Assembly (NCBI RefSeq): GCF_001457595.1
Contig: NZ_LN831039.1
Span: 2,400,001-2,432,000, forward strand
Source: Mycolicibacterium smegmatis
Lineage (GTDB): Bacteria > Actinomycetota > Actinomycetes > Mycobacteriales > Mycobacteriaceae
Length of the DNA: 32,000 nucleotides
Reading direction: 5' to 3'
The position numbers were made by a program, and so were the translations under genes. Position 1 is the first letter of the stretch; every line of letters starts with the position of its first letter. Positions 1-8,971 of the stretch are shown one piece after another. The notes under the pieces are model-generated. The model was given only the letters and a program-made list of their open reading frames with translations, ran no database searches and was not told the origin of the DNA.

Positions 1-1
1 G

Positions 2-373
2 GCGTGGCGCACATTGTTCGCCGACGACGTCGTCGTCACCCTGGACATGGCGGTGTCGACAGGAGGCGCCGATCCCCAGACCGCACCGCCCCTACATGGG
101 TTCGACGAATTCCTCCCGGTGGTGTGGGGTGGCGTCGAGCATGCGGCGACGGTGCACCACTGCCACACCCCGGAGATCGACCTCACCTCCGGTACGACGG
201 CATCGGGCATCTGGGCGATGGAGGACATGCTGTTCTTCCCCGACGGCAGCGAGTTACACGGCGCGGGCCACTACCACGAGACCTACGAAAAACGTGACAG
301 CACATGGGTGATCACCAGCCTGCACCTGACCCGGACGCTCCTGAAGTTCAAAGCTGCCCAGCGCGACACCTGA
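2..373 (+). CDS. SnoaL-like / NTF2-fold protein, C-terminal part (5' end lies outside the window)
   Basis: The frame of ORF 14..373 is open from the window edge to TGA 371-373 and is GC3-rich. Residues ...WGGVEHAATVHHCHTPEIDL...GIWAMEDMLFF...HYHETYEKRDSTWVITSL look like the second half of small SnoaL_4/NTF2-like proteins. Family assignment is by eye only. Confidence 0.55.
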   Translation, partial: AWRTLFADDVVVTLDMAVSTGGADPQTAPPLHGFDEFLPVVWGGVEHAATVHHCHTPEIDLTSGTTASGIWAMEDMLFFPDGSELHGAGHYHETYEKRDSTWVITSLHLTRTLLKFKAAQRDT

Positions 374-375
374 AA

Positions 376-1038
376 TCAGCTGAGAAATACCGGAACCCGC
401 GCATCACTCGTGACAAGGTCCGCCTCTTCCGCAGGTGTCGGCGGCCGGCGTCCGGTGCCGACCAGAAGCGCGTCGGCATCAGGCCACGAGGCGGGAAGTG
501 GTGAGCCCGCTATCGATTCCAACAGCTTTCGGGAGAAGGCCAGCCCTTCGGCCGGCGGCGGCGCCGTGTCGGGAAGGTGCGCGATCAGGTCGAGATGGTG
601 CAGCGTCCACTCGAGCACGTAGGCGCCGAGATAGTCGCGGACCGTCAGCACCTGACCTCGAGTGCCGACCCGCGCCTCGGGGTCGGCGAGTGCGGCGGCC
701 CGTCCGGCTGCCGAGCCGACGTCGTCGAGATGGAACTTCAGCAACGACGGGTCACCGTAGGCCGCCGCGAGCCGCACGGTCAGCGCGCTGAGTGGGTCCA
801 CCGGGTCGTCGGGGGGCAGTGCCTCGGCGACCTCCCAATAGGTCACGGCATTCCGCGTGGGCGGCGAGTCGTCGGGCGTGGCGAGGGTGATGAGGACGTC
901 CTGAGCGTCGATGATCAGGTGGCACACCAGGTCACGGATCAGCCAGCCTGCACAGCCGGACGGCCTGTCGAACTGTTGATCGTCGAGGCCGGCGACAGCC
1001 GCACGCAGCGCCGCCCAACAACCGCCGAACCGATCCAC
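376..1038 (-). CDS. DinB-fold protein of the mycothiol-dependent maleylpyruvate-isomerase N-terminal domain family
   Basis: 220-codon ORF. GTG 1038 is the first start after the in-frame stop at 1078-1080. The N-terminus ...LRAAVAGLDDQQFDRPSGCAGWLIRDLVCHLI... is the typical DinB_2/MDMPI_N signature of actinobacteria. GC3 bias is strong. Confidence 0.65.
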   Translation of the reverse strand: MDRFGGCWAALRAAVAGLDDQQFDRPSGCAGWLIRDLVCHLIIDAQDVLITLATPDDSPPTRNAVTYWEVAEALPPDDPVDPLSALTVRLAAAYGDPSLLKFHLDDVGSAAGRAAALADPEARVGTRGQVLTVRDYLGAYVLEWTLHHLDLIAHLPDTAPPPAEGLAFSRKLLESIAGSPLPASWPDADALLVGTGRRPPTPAEEADLVTSDARVPVFLS

Positions 1039-1187
1039 ACTCCGAACGTAGCAGCGGGTCCATGGTGTACTCCATCGTCACGCTGCCCACGCGTGCCCGG
1101 AACCGATGTTTTCACCGATTCAGCCAGTCGTACTGTAAACGCTACCGTAGCATCCGTTGCTGACCGGCCCGAGCGGATGGAGCAGCA

Positions 1188-2207
1188 ATGGATCGTCGTC
1201 GCAAGGTGCTCGTGATGGGTGCGAGCGGCAACGTCGGCGCCTGCGTCACCCGGCAACTCGTCGAACGCGGCGACGACGTGCGTGTGCTGCTGCGCCGCAA
1301 CAGCTCGACCAAGGGCATCGACGGGCTCGACGTCGAGCGCCACTACGGCGACATCTTCGACACCGGCGCGGTGGCCGCGGCGGTGGCCGACCGCGACGTG
1401 GTGTTCTACTGCGTCGTCGACACCCGCGCGCATCTTGCCGCCCCCGCGCCGTTGTTCAGGACCAACGTCGAGGGACTGCGCAACGTCCTCGAGGTCGCCG
1501 ACCATGTCGACCTCCACCGCTTCGTCTTCCTCAGCACCATCGGGACCATCGCGGTGGGACGCAACGGTGAAGCCGTCGACGAGGACACCCCGTTCAACTG
1601 GGCAGGCATCGGCGGGCCCTACATCGAATCACGCCGCAAGGCAGAGGAACTGGTGTTGTCCTACGCCGCGGAACGCGGGTTCCCGGCGGTGGTGATGAAC
1701 GTGTCCAACCCCTACGGGCCGCCGGACTGGCAGCCACGGCAGGGTGCGCTGGTCGCGATGGCGGCCTTCGGGAAGTTGCCCGTGTACATCCGTGGTGTCG
1801 GAGCCGAGGTGGTCGGGATCGATGACGCGGCCCGCGCGCTGATCCTCGCGGCCGAACACGGCCGGATCGGCGAACGCTACATCGTCTCGGAACGCTACAT
1901 GTCCCAGCAGGAGATGCTCACGGTCGCGGCCGAGGCGGTCGGCGCGCGGCCACCCAGAATCGGAATCCCGATGGCCGCGGTGTATGCGTTCGGATCTTTG
2001 GCCGGCCTGTCGAACCGGTTGTTCCGCACGGACTTTCCGATCAATCTCACCGCGGCCCGGCTGATGTGGTGGACCTCGCCCGCCGATCACAGCAAGGCGA
2101 CGCGCGAACTGGGGTGGAAGCCCGCGCCGACCGCCGACGCGATCGCCCGCGCCGCGCAGTTCTACGTCGAACGCAAGAACAACAACGAAAAGGTCATCTC
2201 GTTGTGA
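1188..2207 (+). CDS. NAD(P)-dependent epimerase/dehydratase family protein (extended SDR)
   Basis: 339-codon ORF starting at ATG 1188. It has an N-terminal Rossmann glycine motif KVLVMGASGNVGACVTRQLVERG, and its length and layout are typical of extended SDRs. It is divergent from the DinB-fold gene. Confidence 0.8.
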   Translation: MDRRRKVLVMGASGNVGACVTRQLVERGDDVRVLLRRNSSTKGIDGLDVERHYGDIFDTGAVAAAVADRDVVFYCVVDTRAHLAAPAPLFRTNVEGLRNVLEVADHVDLHRFVFLSTIGTIAVGRNGEAVDEDTPFNWAGIGGPYIESRRKAEELVLSYAAERGFPAVVMNVSNPYGPPDWQPRQGALVAMAAFGKLPVYIRGVGAEVVGIDDAARALILAAEHGRIGERYIVSERYMSQQEMLTVAAEAVGARPPRIGIPMAAVYAFGSLAGLSNRLFRTDFPINLTAARLMWWTSPADHSKATRELGWKPAPTADAIARAAQFYVERKNNNEKVISL

Positions 2208-2290
2208 ATTCCCGGCTGTTCAACAGCCACCGGGTCGTCGCCGGCTGCGTCACCGAATGTGGAATTGTGGTCACGAACGAGGAGTTTGAC

Positions 2291-3334
2291 ATGAGCGAAC
2301 ACGCACTCGATGAACTGGGCTACTACCTGCTGGCCGGCGCGGGCGGCGAGGGACCGGCCACGCTGATGGACGAGGCACGCCGCGGCGAGGAACTCGGTTT
2401 CGGCACCGCGTTCATCTCGGAACGATGGAACGTCAAGGAGGCGTCGTCGCTGGTCGGCGCGGCATGCGCGGTGACCACCCGCATGCAGATCGCCACGGCC
2501 GCAACCAACCACAACACGCGGCATCCGCTGATCACCGGATCGTGGGCGACCACCATGCACCGGCTCTCGGGCGGCCGGTTCACGCTCGGCATCGGCCGTG
2601 GCATCGCCGCGATGTACGGCGCTTTCGGGATACCGTCGGTCACCACCGCGCAGATGGAGGACTTCGCGCAGGTCATGCGCCGGCTGTGGCAGGGCGAGGT
2701 GATCTTCAACCACGACGGCCCGATCGGCAATTACCAGGTGCTCTTCCTCGACCCGGATTTCCGCGAGGACATCCGGTTGGCGATCGTCGCGTTCGGCCCG
2801 CAGACCCTCGCGCTCGGTGGGCGGGAATTCGACGACGTCATCCTGCACACCTACTTCACCCCCGAGACGCTGCAGCGTGCCGTCAAGACCGTCAAAACCG
2901 CAGCCGAGCAGGCAGGCCGCGATCCCGGCAGTGTCCGCGTGTGGTCATGTTTCGCCACGGTGGGCGATCACCTGCCAGAAGAGTTGCGCCTGAAGAAGAC
3001 CGTCGCGCGGCTCGCCACCTACCTGCAGGGTTACGGTGACCTGCTGGTCAACACCAATGGCTGGGATCCCGCTGTGCTGAAACGCTTCCGCGACGACAAA
3101 GTGGTGCAGTCGATCCCGGGCGGCATCGACCACAAGGCCACCGCCGAGCAGATCGAGCACATCGCGGCCCTGATCCCTGACGAGTGGCTCGAACCGTCGG
3201 CCACCGGATCGGCGCAGCAGTGTGTCGCCCGGATCCGCAAGGAATTCGACTACGGCGCCGACGCGGTGATCATGCACGGCGCGACGCCGGACGAACTCGA
3301 GCCGATCGTCGCGGAGTACCGGGCGACCCGCTAG
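2291..3334 (+). CDS. Luciferase-like monooxygenase (LLM) family, probable F420-dependent oxidoreductase
   Basis: The ORF track gives 2066..3334, but that extension overlaps the SDR gene. ATG 2291 follows GAGGAG (2279-2284) with a 6-nt spacer. Sequence ...GFGTAFISERWN...TRHPLITGSWATTMHRLSGGRFTLGIGRG... is LLM-like. I recall a TIGRFAMs 'probable F420-dependent oxidoreductase' subfamily named after a M. smegmatis gene in this neighbourhood; verify by HMM search. Confidence 0.8.
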   Translation: MSEHALDELGYYLLAGAGGEGPATLMDEARRGEELGFGTAFISERWNVKEASSLVGAACAVTTRMQIATAATNHNTRHPLITGSWATTMHRLSGGRFTLGIGRGIAAMYGAFGIPSVTTAQMEDFAQVMRRLWQGEVIFNHDGPIGNYQVLFLDPDFREDIRLAIVAFGPQTLALGGREFDDVILHTYFTPETLQRAVKTVKTAAEQAGRDPGSVRVWSCFATVGDHLPEELRLKKTVARLATYLQGYGDLLVNTNGWDPAVLKRFRDDKVVQSIPGGIDHKATAEQIEHIAALIPDEWLEPSATGSAQQCVARIRKEFDYGADAVIMHGATPDELEPIVAEYRATR

Positions 3335-5580
3335 GCGGCGTCCAGCGGGATCCGCACCGACAGCGTGGTTCCCGCGCCGGGCGGGCTGCTGACCTCCAAC
3401 CGCCCGGACAGTGCCTCGACCCGGTCCTTGAGGCCGATCAAACCCGATCCACCGCCCGAGACCGCACCGCCGATGCCGTCGTCGCTGACCGACACCGCGA
3501 GTTCGTCGCCGTCGGCCGCGGCGCGGACGGCCACCTCGGACGCCGACGCGTGCTTGGCGGCGTTGGTCAGCGCCTCCGCGACCACGTAATACGCGGCCAC
3601 CTCGACGGATTCGGGCAGCCGGTGACCGACGTCGATGTCGAGGACCACGGGCACCGAGGAGCGTCGCGCCAAGGTCCGCAGCGCGGGACCGAGCCCGCCT
3701 TTCGACAGGATCGCGGGGTGGATGCCGCGCGACAGTTCCTGCAGGTCCGCGTACAACCCGGCCAAACCGTCGACCACATGCGACATCTGGTCCTGAAGCG
3801 CGGTGTTCTCGTCGGGCACCGACGCCTGCACCGCGCGCAGCTCGAGCCCGAGCGAGACGATGCGTTGCTGCGCCCCGTCGTGCAGATCCCGCTCGAAACG
3901 GCGACGCGCCTGATCGGCTGCGGCGACGATACGCGCACGCGACGCGGTGATCTCGGCGCGGGACTCGGCGTTGAAGATCGCCGTCGACACCAGATCGGCG
4001 AAGTCGCCGACGCGTTCCTCGGTGCCTGGCGGCAAAGGCTCGTCGCCTGACGTGCCGGCGATCAGCGCACCCCAGGTGTGCCCGTCGACGATGATCGGCG
4101 CTGCGACTCCGGCCCGGACGCCGAATCCTCTCAGCCGCATCGCGATTTCGCTGTCGAGCCCGGCGTAGGAATCGATGCGTGCCGGTGCTCCGGTGCGCAG
4201 GATCCGGACCGCGAGGCTGTCGCCTTCGAGCGGGACCTTGTCGCCGACCTGCAATCGCTCGACAGACTCGGTGTCCAGCGCCGCGACCACGACGGCTGTC
4301 GACTCGGACTCGTAGCGCAGCAGCGTCGAATGGCTCACGCCGATACCGACACTCAGTTCGCCGACCGCCAACGGATACACCTCGTCGGGCTTGGCGCCGC
4401 GCGCCACCTGCGTCGCCACGCGGCGCAGCGCGGTCTGCTGCGTCGCCAGCGCGCTCACCTCTTGGTGGCTCGCCTCGATCTGGCGCTGCGCCTCGCGGAG
4501 CCGATCCTGTTCGCGCCGTCGTTCAGTGACATCGCGTCCCGCTCCGAACAGCAGACCGTGATCGGAGACGACGCTCCATTGGAACCATCGCGTCTCGCCG
4601 TCGTTGCGGATACACCGGTTCTCGAACTGGACCTCACGGTGATCGGTCCGCAACTCCTCGAGGGCCAGCCTTGTGTTGTCGCGGTCGTCGGGATGCACCA
4701 GGTCCATGAACGGCCGCTGGGCCAGCTCGGTGGCGGTGAAGCCCAGGGTGCGCGTGAACGCCGGATTGACCCGCGTCAGCGTGTGGTGATCGCTGATGAA
4801 CAGCGACTCCGAGGCGACATCGAAGAACCGTTCGAGTTCCTTGCGGCTGGTCTCCAGCTCCGCGGTGATGTGCTCGCGGTCCATCGCCGCGGTCAGCAGG
4901 GCCTCGATCGCGGGAACCATACGCTGCCACCGCCGCAGTGTGTTGAGGGGGAGTTGCGCGGGCACCAGCAGCGTGCCGATGCGTTCGTCACCGCTGCGCA
5001 GCGGGATCGCGTGATGGTCCCCGTCGGGTTCGAGCCGCCCCGTCGTGAGCGTCACCTCGGGGACGTCGAGCACCCGGGCCATGCGTTGTCCGGCCCGTTC
5101 CAGGGCGTGCGGCAGGTCACCGGCGCCGAGCATGAGTCGAGCCAGTTCGGCCGAGAGGTCCGCTTCGCGCCTGCGTTGCTCGGCTTCCTGGGTCTGCGAT
5201 CGCGCCTGGCCTGCCAGCAGGTTGGTCAGCAGCGCGATCGGGAGGAACACGAACATCGCCGGTGCCAGGCTGTCGGCACCCTCGAGATGGATGTAGATGT
5301 AGGCGAGCGTGCTGGCCAGCGACGTCGCGACCGCCAGCGGCATGCTCCAGCCGGCCGAGACCACCAGGACGCCCATCAGGAAGATCGCGCCGAACGCATT
5401 CTCCGGGGCGACTCGTTTGAACAGGTGGACCAAGACGATCTCGGCGACGATGAAGGCGGTGGCGACAACGATGCCCCAATGCACAGGGCGCGGGGCTGGA
5501 CGCACGACAAAGGCCAGCAGCCTCGCCACGAACGATGCCAGGCGGCCGTCTGCGACAGACGTGTCAGCAGTTCCGGGCAC
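3331..5580 (-). CDS. Multi-domain sensor histidine kinase (membrane DUF4118-like N-terminus, PAS, GAF, HisKA_3, HATPase_c)
   Basis: 749-codon ORF starting at GTG 5580. The first ~130 aa contain hydrophobic helices (WGIVVATAFIVAEIVLV, FGAIFLMGVLVVSAGW, FVFLPIALLTNLLAG). These are followed by a PAS-like segment (FFDVASESLFISD...VNPAFTRTLGF...RWFQWSVV) and a GAF-like segment (LRRVATQVARGAKPDEVY...HTWGALIAGT). The HisKA_3 His box is FERDLHDGAQQRIVSL, and the ATPase motifs are VAEALTNAAKHA, DDGIGGA and GSGLIGLKDRVEALSG. Confidence 0.85.
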   Translation of the reverse strand: MPGTADTSVADGRLASFVARLLAFVVRPAPRPVHWGIVVATAFIVAEIVLVHLFKRVAPENAFGAIFLMGVLVVSAGWSMPLAVATSLASTLAYIYIHLEGADSLAPAMFVFLPIALLTNLLAGQARSQTQEAEQRRREADLSAELARLMLGAGDLPHALERAGQRMARVLDVPEVTLTTGRLEPDGDHHAIPLRSGDERIGTLLVPAQLPLNTLRRWQRMVPAIEALLTAAMDREHITAELETSRKELERFFDVASESLFISDHHTLTRVNPAFTRTLGFTATELAQRPFMDLVHPDDRDNTRLALEELRTDHREVQFENRCIRNDGETRWFQWSVVSDHGLLFGAGRDVTERRREQDRLREAQRQIEASHQEVSALATQQTALRRVATQVARGAKPDEVYPLAVGELSVGIGVSHSTLLRYESESTAVVVAALDTESVERLQVGDKVPLEGDSLAVRILRTGAPARIDSYAGLDSEIAMRLRGFGVRAGVAAPIIVDGHTWGALIAGTSGDEPLPPGTEERVGDFADLVSTAIFNAESRAEITASRARIVAAADQARRRFERDLHDGAQQRIVSLGLELRAVQASVPDENTALQDQMSHVVDGLAGLYADLQELSRGIHPAILSKGGLGPALRTLARRSSVPVVLDIDVGHRLPESVEVAAYYVVAEALTNAAKHASASEVAVRAAADGDELAVSVSDDGIGGAVSGGGSGLIGLKDRVEALSGRLEVSSPPGAGTTLSVRIPLDAA

Positions 5581-5685
5581 GGGCCGATGGTAGTCGGGAA
5601 ACAGTCAGAATGTTCCGGCTAACGGTAGTGCCGGGCGCTGGGCGATCTGCCAAGCTCGAAGGATGTCCGGGCAGAGAGGATGCCG

Positions 5686-6036
5686 ATGCATTGTCTGATC
5701 GTCGATGACAGCGCGCAGTTCCGCGCTGCCGCGAGTGGGATGCTCGAACGTGCGGGCATCACCGTTGACCTGGCATGCAACGGAGCCGAGGCATTGCAGT
5801 GCTACCGCACCCGCCCGCCGGACGTCACCCTCGTCGACGTCGACCTGGGACCCGAGAGCGGGTTCGACGTCGCCGAGCAGCTGCATCACAGCGAGCCGGC
5901 AGGTATCCCCGTCATCATGATCTCGACGCACAGCGAGCTGGACCTCGCCGAGATGATCGCCGACAGCTCGGCCGTCGGCTTCCTGCCCAAGTTCGCGCTG
6001 TCCCCGGCGGCCATCAAGGAACTGCTCGACACGTGA
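5686..6036 (+). CDS. Single-domain (receiver-only, CheY-like) response regulator
   Basis: The ORF track starts at ATG 5680, which directly abuts the GAGAGG Shine-Dalgarno (5674-5679). ATG 5686 has a 6-nt spacer and gives MHCLIVDD. All receiver hallmarks are present: DD (IVDDS), acceptor Asp (TLVDVDLGP), Thr (MISTHS) and Lys (GFLPKF). The protein ends right after the receiver fold, with no output domain. Confidence 0.8.
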   Translation: MHCLIVDDSAQFRAAASGMLERAGITVDLACNGAEALQCYRTRPPDVTLVDVDLGPESGFDVAEQLHHSEPAGIPVIMISTHSELDLAEMIADSSAVGFLPKFALSPAAIKELLDT

Positions 6037-6074
6037 TGGCCATGCTCTGGATTTCCCTGCCCCTTTCACCATAA

Positions 6075-7589
<1,515 letters not shown>

Positions 7590-7665
7590 AGCGGAGAGCG
7601 CCCTAGGCCCGGAGCGCGCCGTAAATCGTCGAGCTCAAAGAGCACAATGCGCACAGTCGGCGGGT

Positions 7666-7726
7666 GCGAGCGTGCGTGACGTGCTGAGGATTTGCGGTGT
7701 GTCGAGAGGCAGACCCGCACGCTCGC
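7666..7726. repeat. Perfect 11-bp inverted repeat GCGAGCGTGCG / CGCACGCTCGC with a 39-nt spacer
   Basis: Read directly: 7666-7676 is the exact reverse complement of 7716-7726. It lies in the intergenic region between the monooxygenase stop (7589) and the bicupin start (7896). Confidence 0.6.
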
Positions 7727-7776
7727 GGTGCTGAGGTGGGGCGGGGTGCTGAGGTGGGGTGCTCCGGGGGTGGGGG
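7727..7776 (+). repeat. G-rich 18-bp tandem repeat (about 2.5 copies) with five G4-5 tracts
   Basis: GGTGCTGAGGTGGGG occurs at 7727-7741 and again at 7745-7759 (period 18), followed by a degenerate copy TGCTCCGGGGGTGGGGG. The core GTGCTGAGG also occurs at 7681-7689. G runs are at 7738-7741, 7743-7746, 7756-7759, 7766-7770 and 7772-7776. Confidence 0.65.
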
Positions 7777-7895
7777 CTAACGGGAATCGAGGTATCCCGC
7801 CAGCGTGAGGGGTGAATGGCGGTCAGCATTGACGACGCGAGAGGGCCGATCGGCGAGGCTTCTTGGCAACACGCTTCACGCAGAGGAGACCCCGC

Positions 7896-8942
7896 ATGAC
7901 CACGTCCCTGAGCCACAGCATCCATGCCACGTCGCTGCTCGACAGTGAACTCGTCGAAGAGAACGACCTGGGTTCGATCCGCCGCGTCACCGCCGACAAC
8001 TTCCCGATCCTGCGGGGGCTGTCCATCAAACGCCTCGTGATCAATCCGGGCGCCATGCGCACACCGCACTGGCACGCCAACGCCAACGAACTCACCTACT
8101 GCGTGTCGGGCAGCGCCCTGGTGTCGGTGCTCGACACCGCCAGCCGGTTCTCCACGTTCACCGTCAGCGCGGGCGAGATGTTTCACGTCGACTCCGGATC
8201 GCTGCACCACATCGAGAACATCGGCACCGAACCGGCCGAGTTCATCATCACGTTCCGCAACGAACGCCCCGAGGATTTCGGCCTCGGTGCGGCTTTCGGT
8301 GCGATGACCGACGCAGTGCTCGGCAACACCTACGACCTCGACGCCTCGGATTTCGCCGCGCTGCGTCGCGACACCACCGACCGCGCCCTCGCCGCGCGCC
8401 GCGGCGACCCTGTCATCCCGCAGGCGGCCCACTTCGGTGACCCGCACAAGTTCGGGGTGGAGGCCATGACACCTCCGGTGGCCTCGGCCGTCGGGTCGGC
8501 CCGCACCGCACGTGTGCAGTTCTGGCCCGCGCTCAAAGACCTCTCGATGTACTCGCTGCGCGTGCGTGAGGACGGCATGCGCGAGCCGCACTGGCATCCC
8601 GTGACCGCCGAGATGGGTTATGTGCAAAGCGGTTCGGCGCGGATGACCGTGATGGACCCGGACGGCACCCTCGACACGTGGGAGTTGCAGCGCGGCGACG
8701 TGTACTTCATCCCGCGCGCCTACCCGCACCACATCGAGGTTGTGCACGCACCCGATTTGCACTTCCTGATCTTCTTCGACCAGCCCACCCCCGCCGACGT
8801 GGGATACCGCACCTCGGTGAGCGCCTACTCGCGCGAGGTGCTCGCCGCCACGTTCGACACCCACATCGACGATCTGCCCGATTTCCCGCTCACCACGGCC
8901 GACCCGCTCATCGTCGGCCGGCGCAACCCGCTGGACCGCTGA
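7896..8942 (+). CDS. Bicupin protein (oxalate decarboxylase/oxidase-like, two metal-binding cupin domains)
   Basis: ATG 7896 follows AGAGGAG (7882-7888); the ORF-track start at 7863 is a TTG. Both cupin modules keep the HxH...E...H ligand pattern: RTPHWHANANELTY...SLHHIEN and REPHWHPVTAEMGY...AYPHHIE. Confidence 0.8.
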   Translation: MTTSLSHSIHATSLLDSELVEENDLGSIRRVTADNFPILRGLSIKRLVINPGAMRTPHWHANANELTYCVSGSALVSVLDTASRFSTFTVSAGEMFHVDSGSLHHIENIGTEPAEFIITFRNERPEDFGLGAAFGAMTDAVLGNTYDLDASDFAALRRDTTDRALAARRGDPVIPQAAHFGDPHKFGVEAMTPPVASAVGSARTARVQFWPALKDLSMYSLRVREDGMREPHWHPVTAEMGYVQSGSARMTVMDPDGTLDTWELQRGDVYFIPRAYPHHIEVVHAPDLHFLIFFDQPTPADVGYRTSVSAYSREVLAATFDTHIDDLPDFPLTTADPLIVGRRNPLDR

Positions 8943-8971
8943 GCGGCAACGGTTTTTCGGATCGCGCCGCC

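Noticed and set aside
2066-2290. N-terminal extensions offered by the ORF track. Besides this one, they are 6090-6164, 7863-7895, 10472-10846(-), 10563-10628, 15382-15585(-), 16796-16843, 21991-22464, 23163-23348, 24422-24535, 26604-26666, 28877-28954 and 30236-30307.
   Set aside because: The track reports the first ATG/GTG/TTG in each open frame. The extensions overlap upstream genes or lack conservation and GC3 bias. Internal starts with a Shine-Dalgarno or an ATGA/TGATG coupling reproduce canonical family N-termini ([19 protein letters not shown] and others).
5596-5620. Apparent palindrome GGGAAACAGTCAGAATGTTCC in the kinase/receiver intergenic region
   Set aside because: The half-sites are imperfect (GGAAACA versus GGAACA with a register shift). 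It does not hold up as a dyad on base-by-base comparison.
4078-5622. 514-aa ORF on the plus strand
   Set aside because: It is antisense to the histidine kinase, which has unambiguous HisKA_3/HATPase motifs. The product is low-complexity and Arg-rich, so this is a shadow ORF.
8943-8970. Possible terminator hairpin between the bicupin and carboxyltransferase genes (GCGGC...TTTTT...GCCGC)
   Set aside because: Only a 5-bp outer stem pairs and the interior does not. This is too weak to call.
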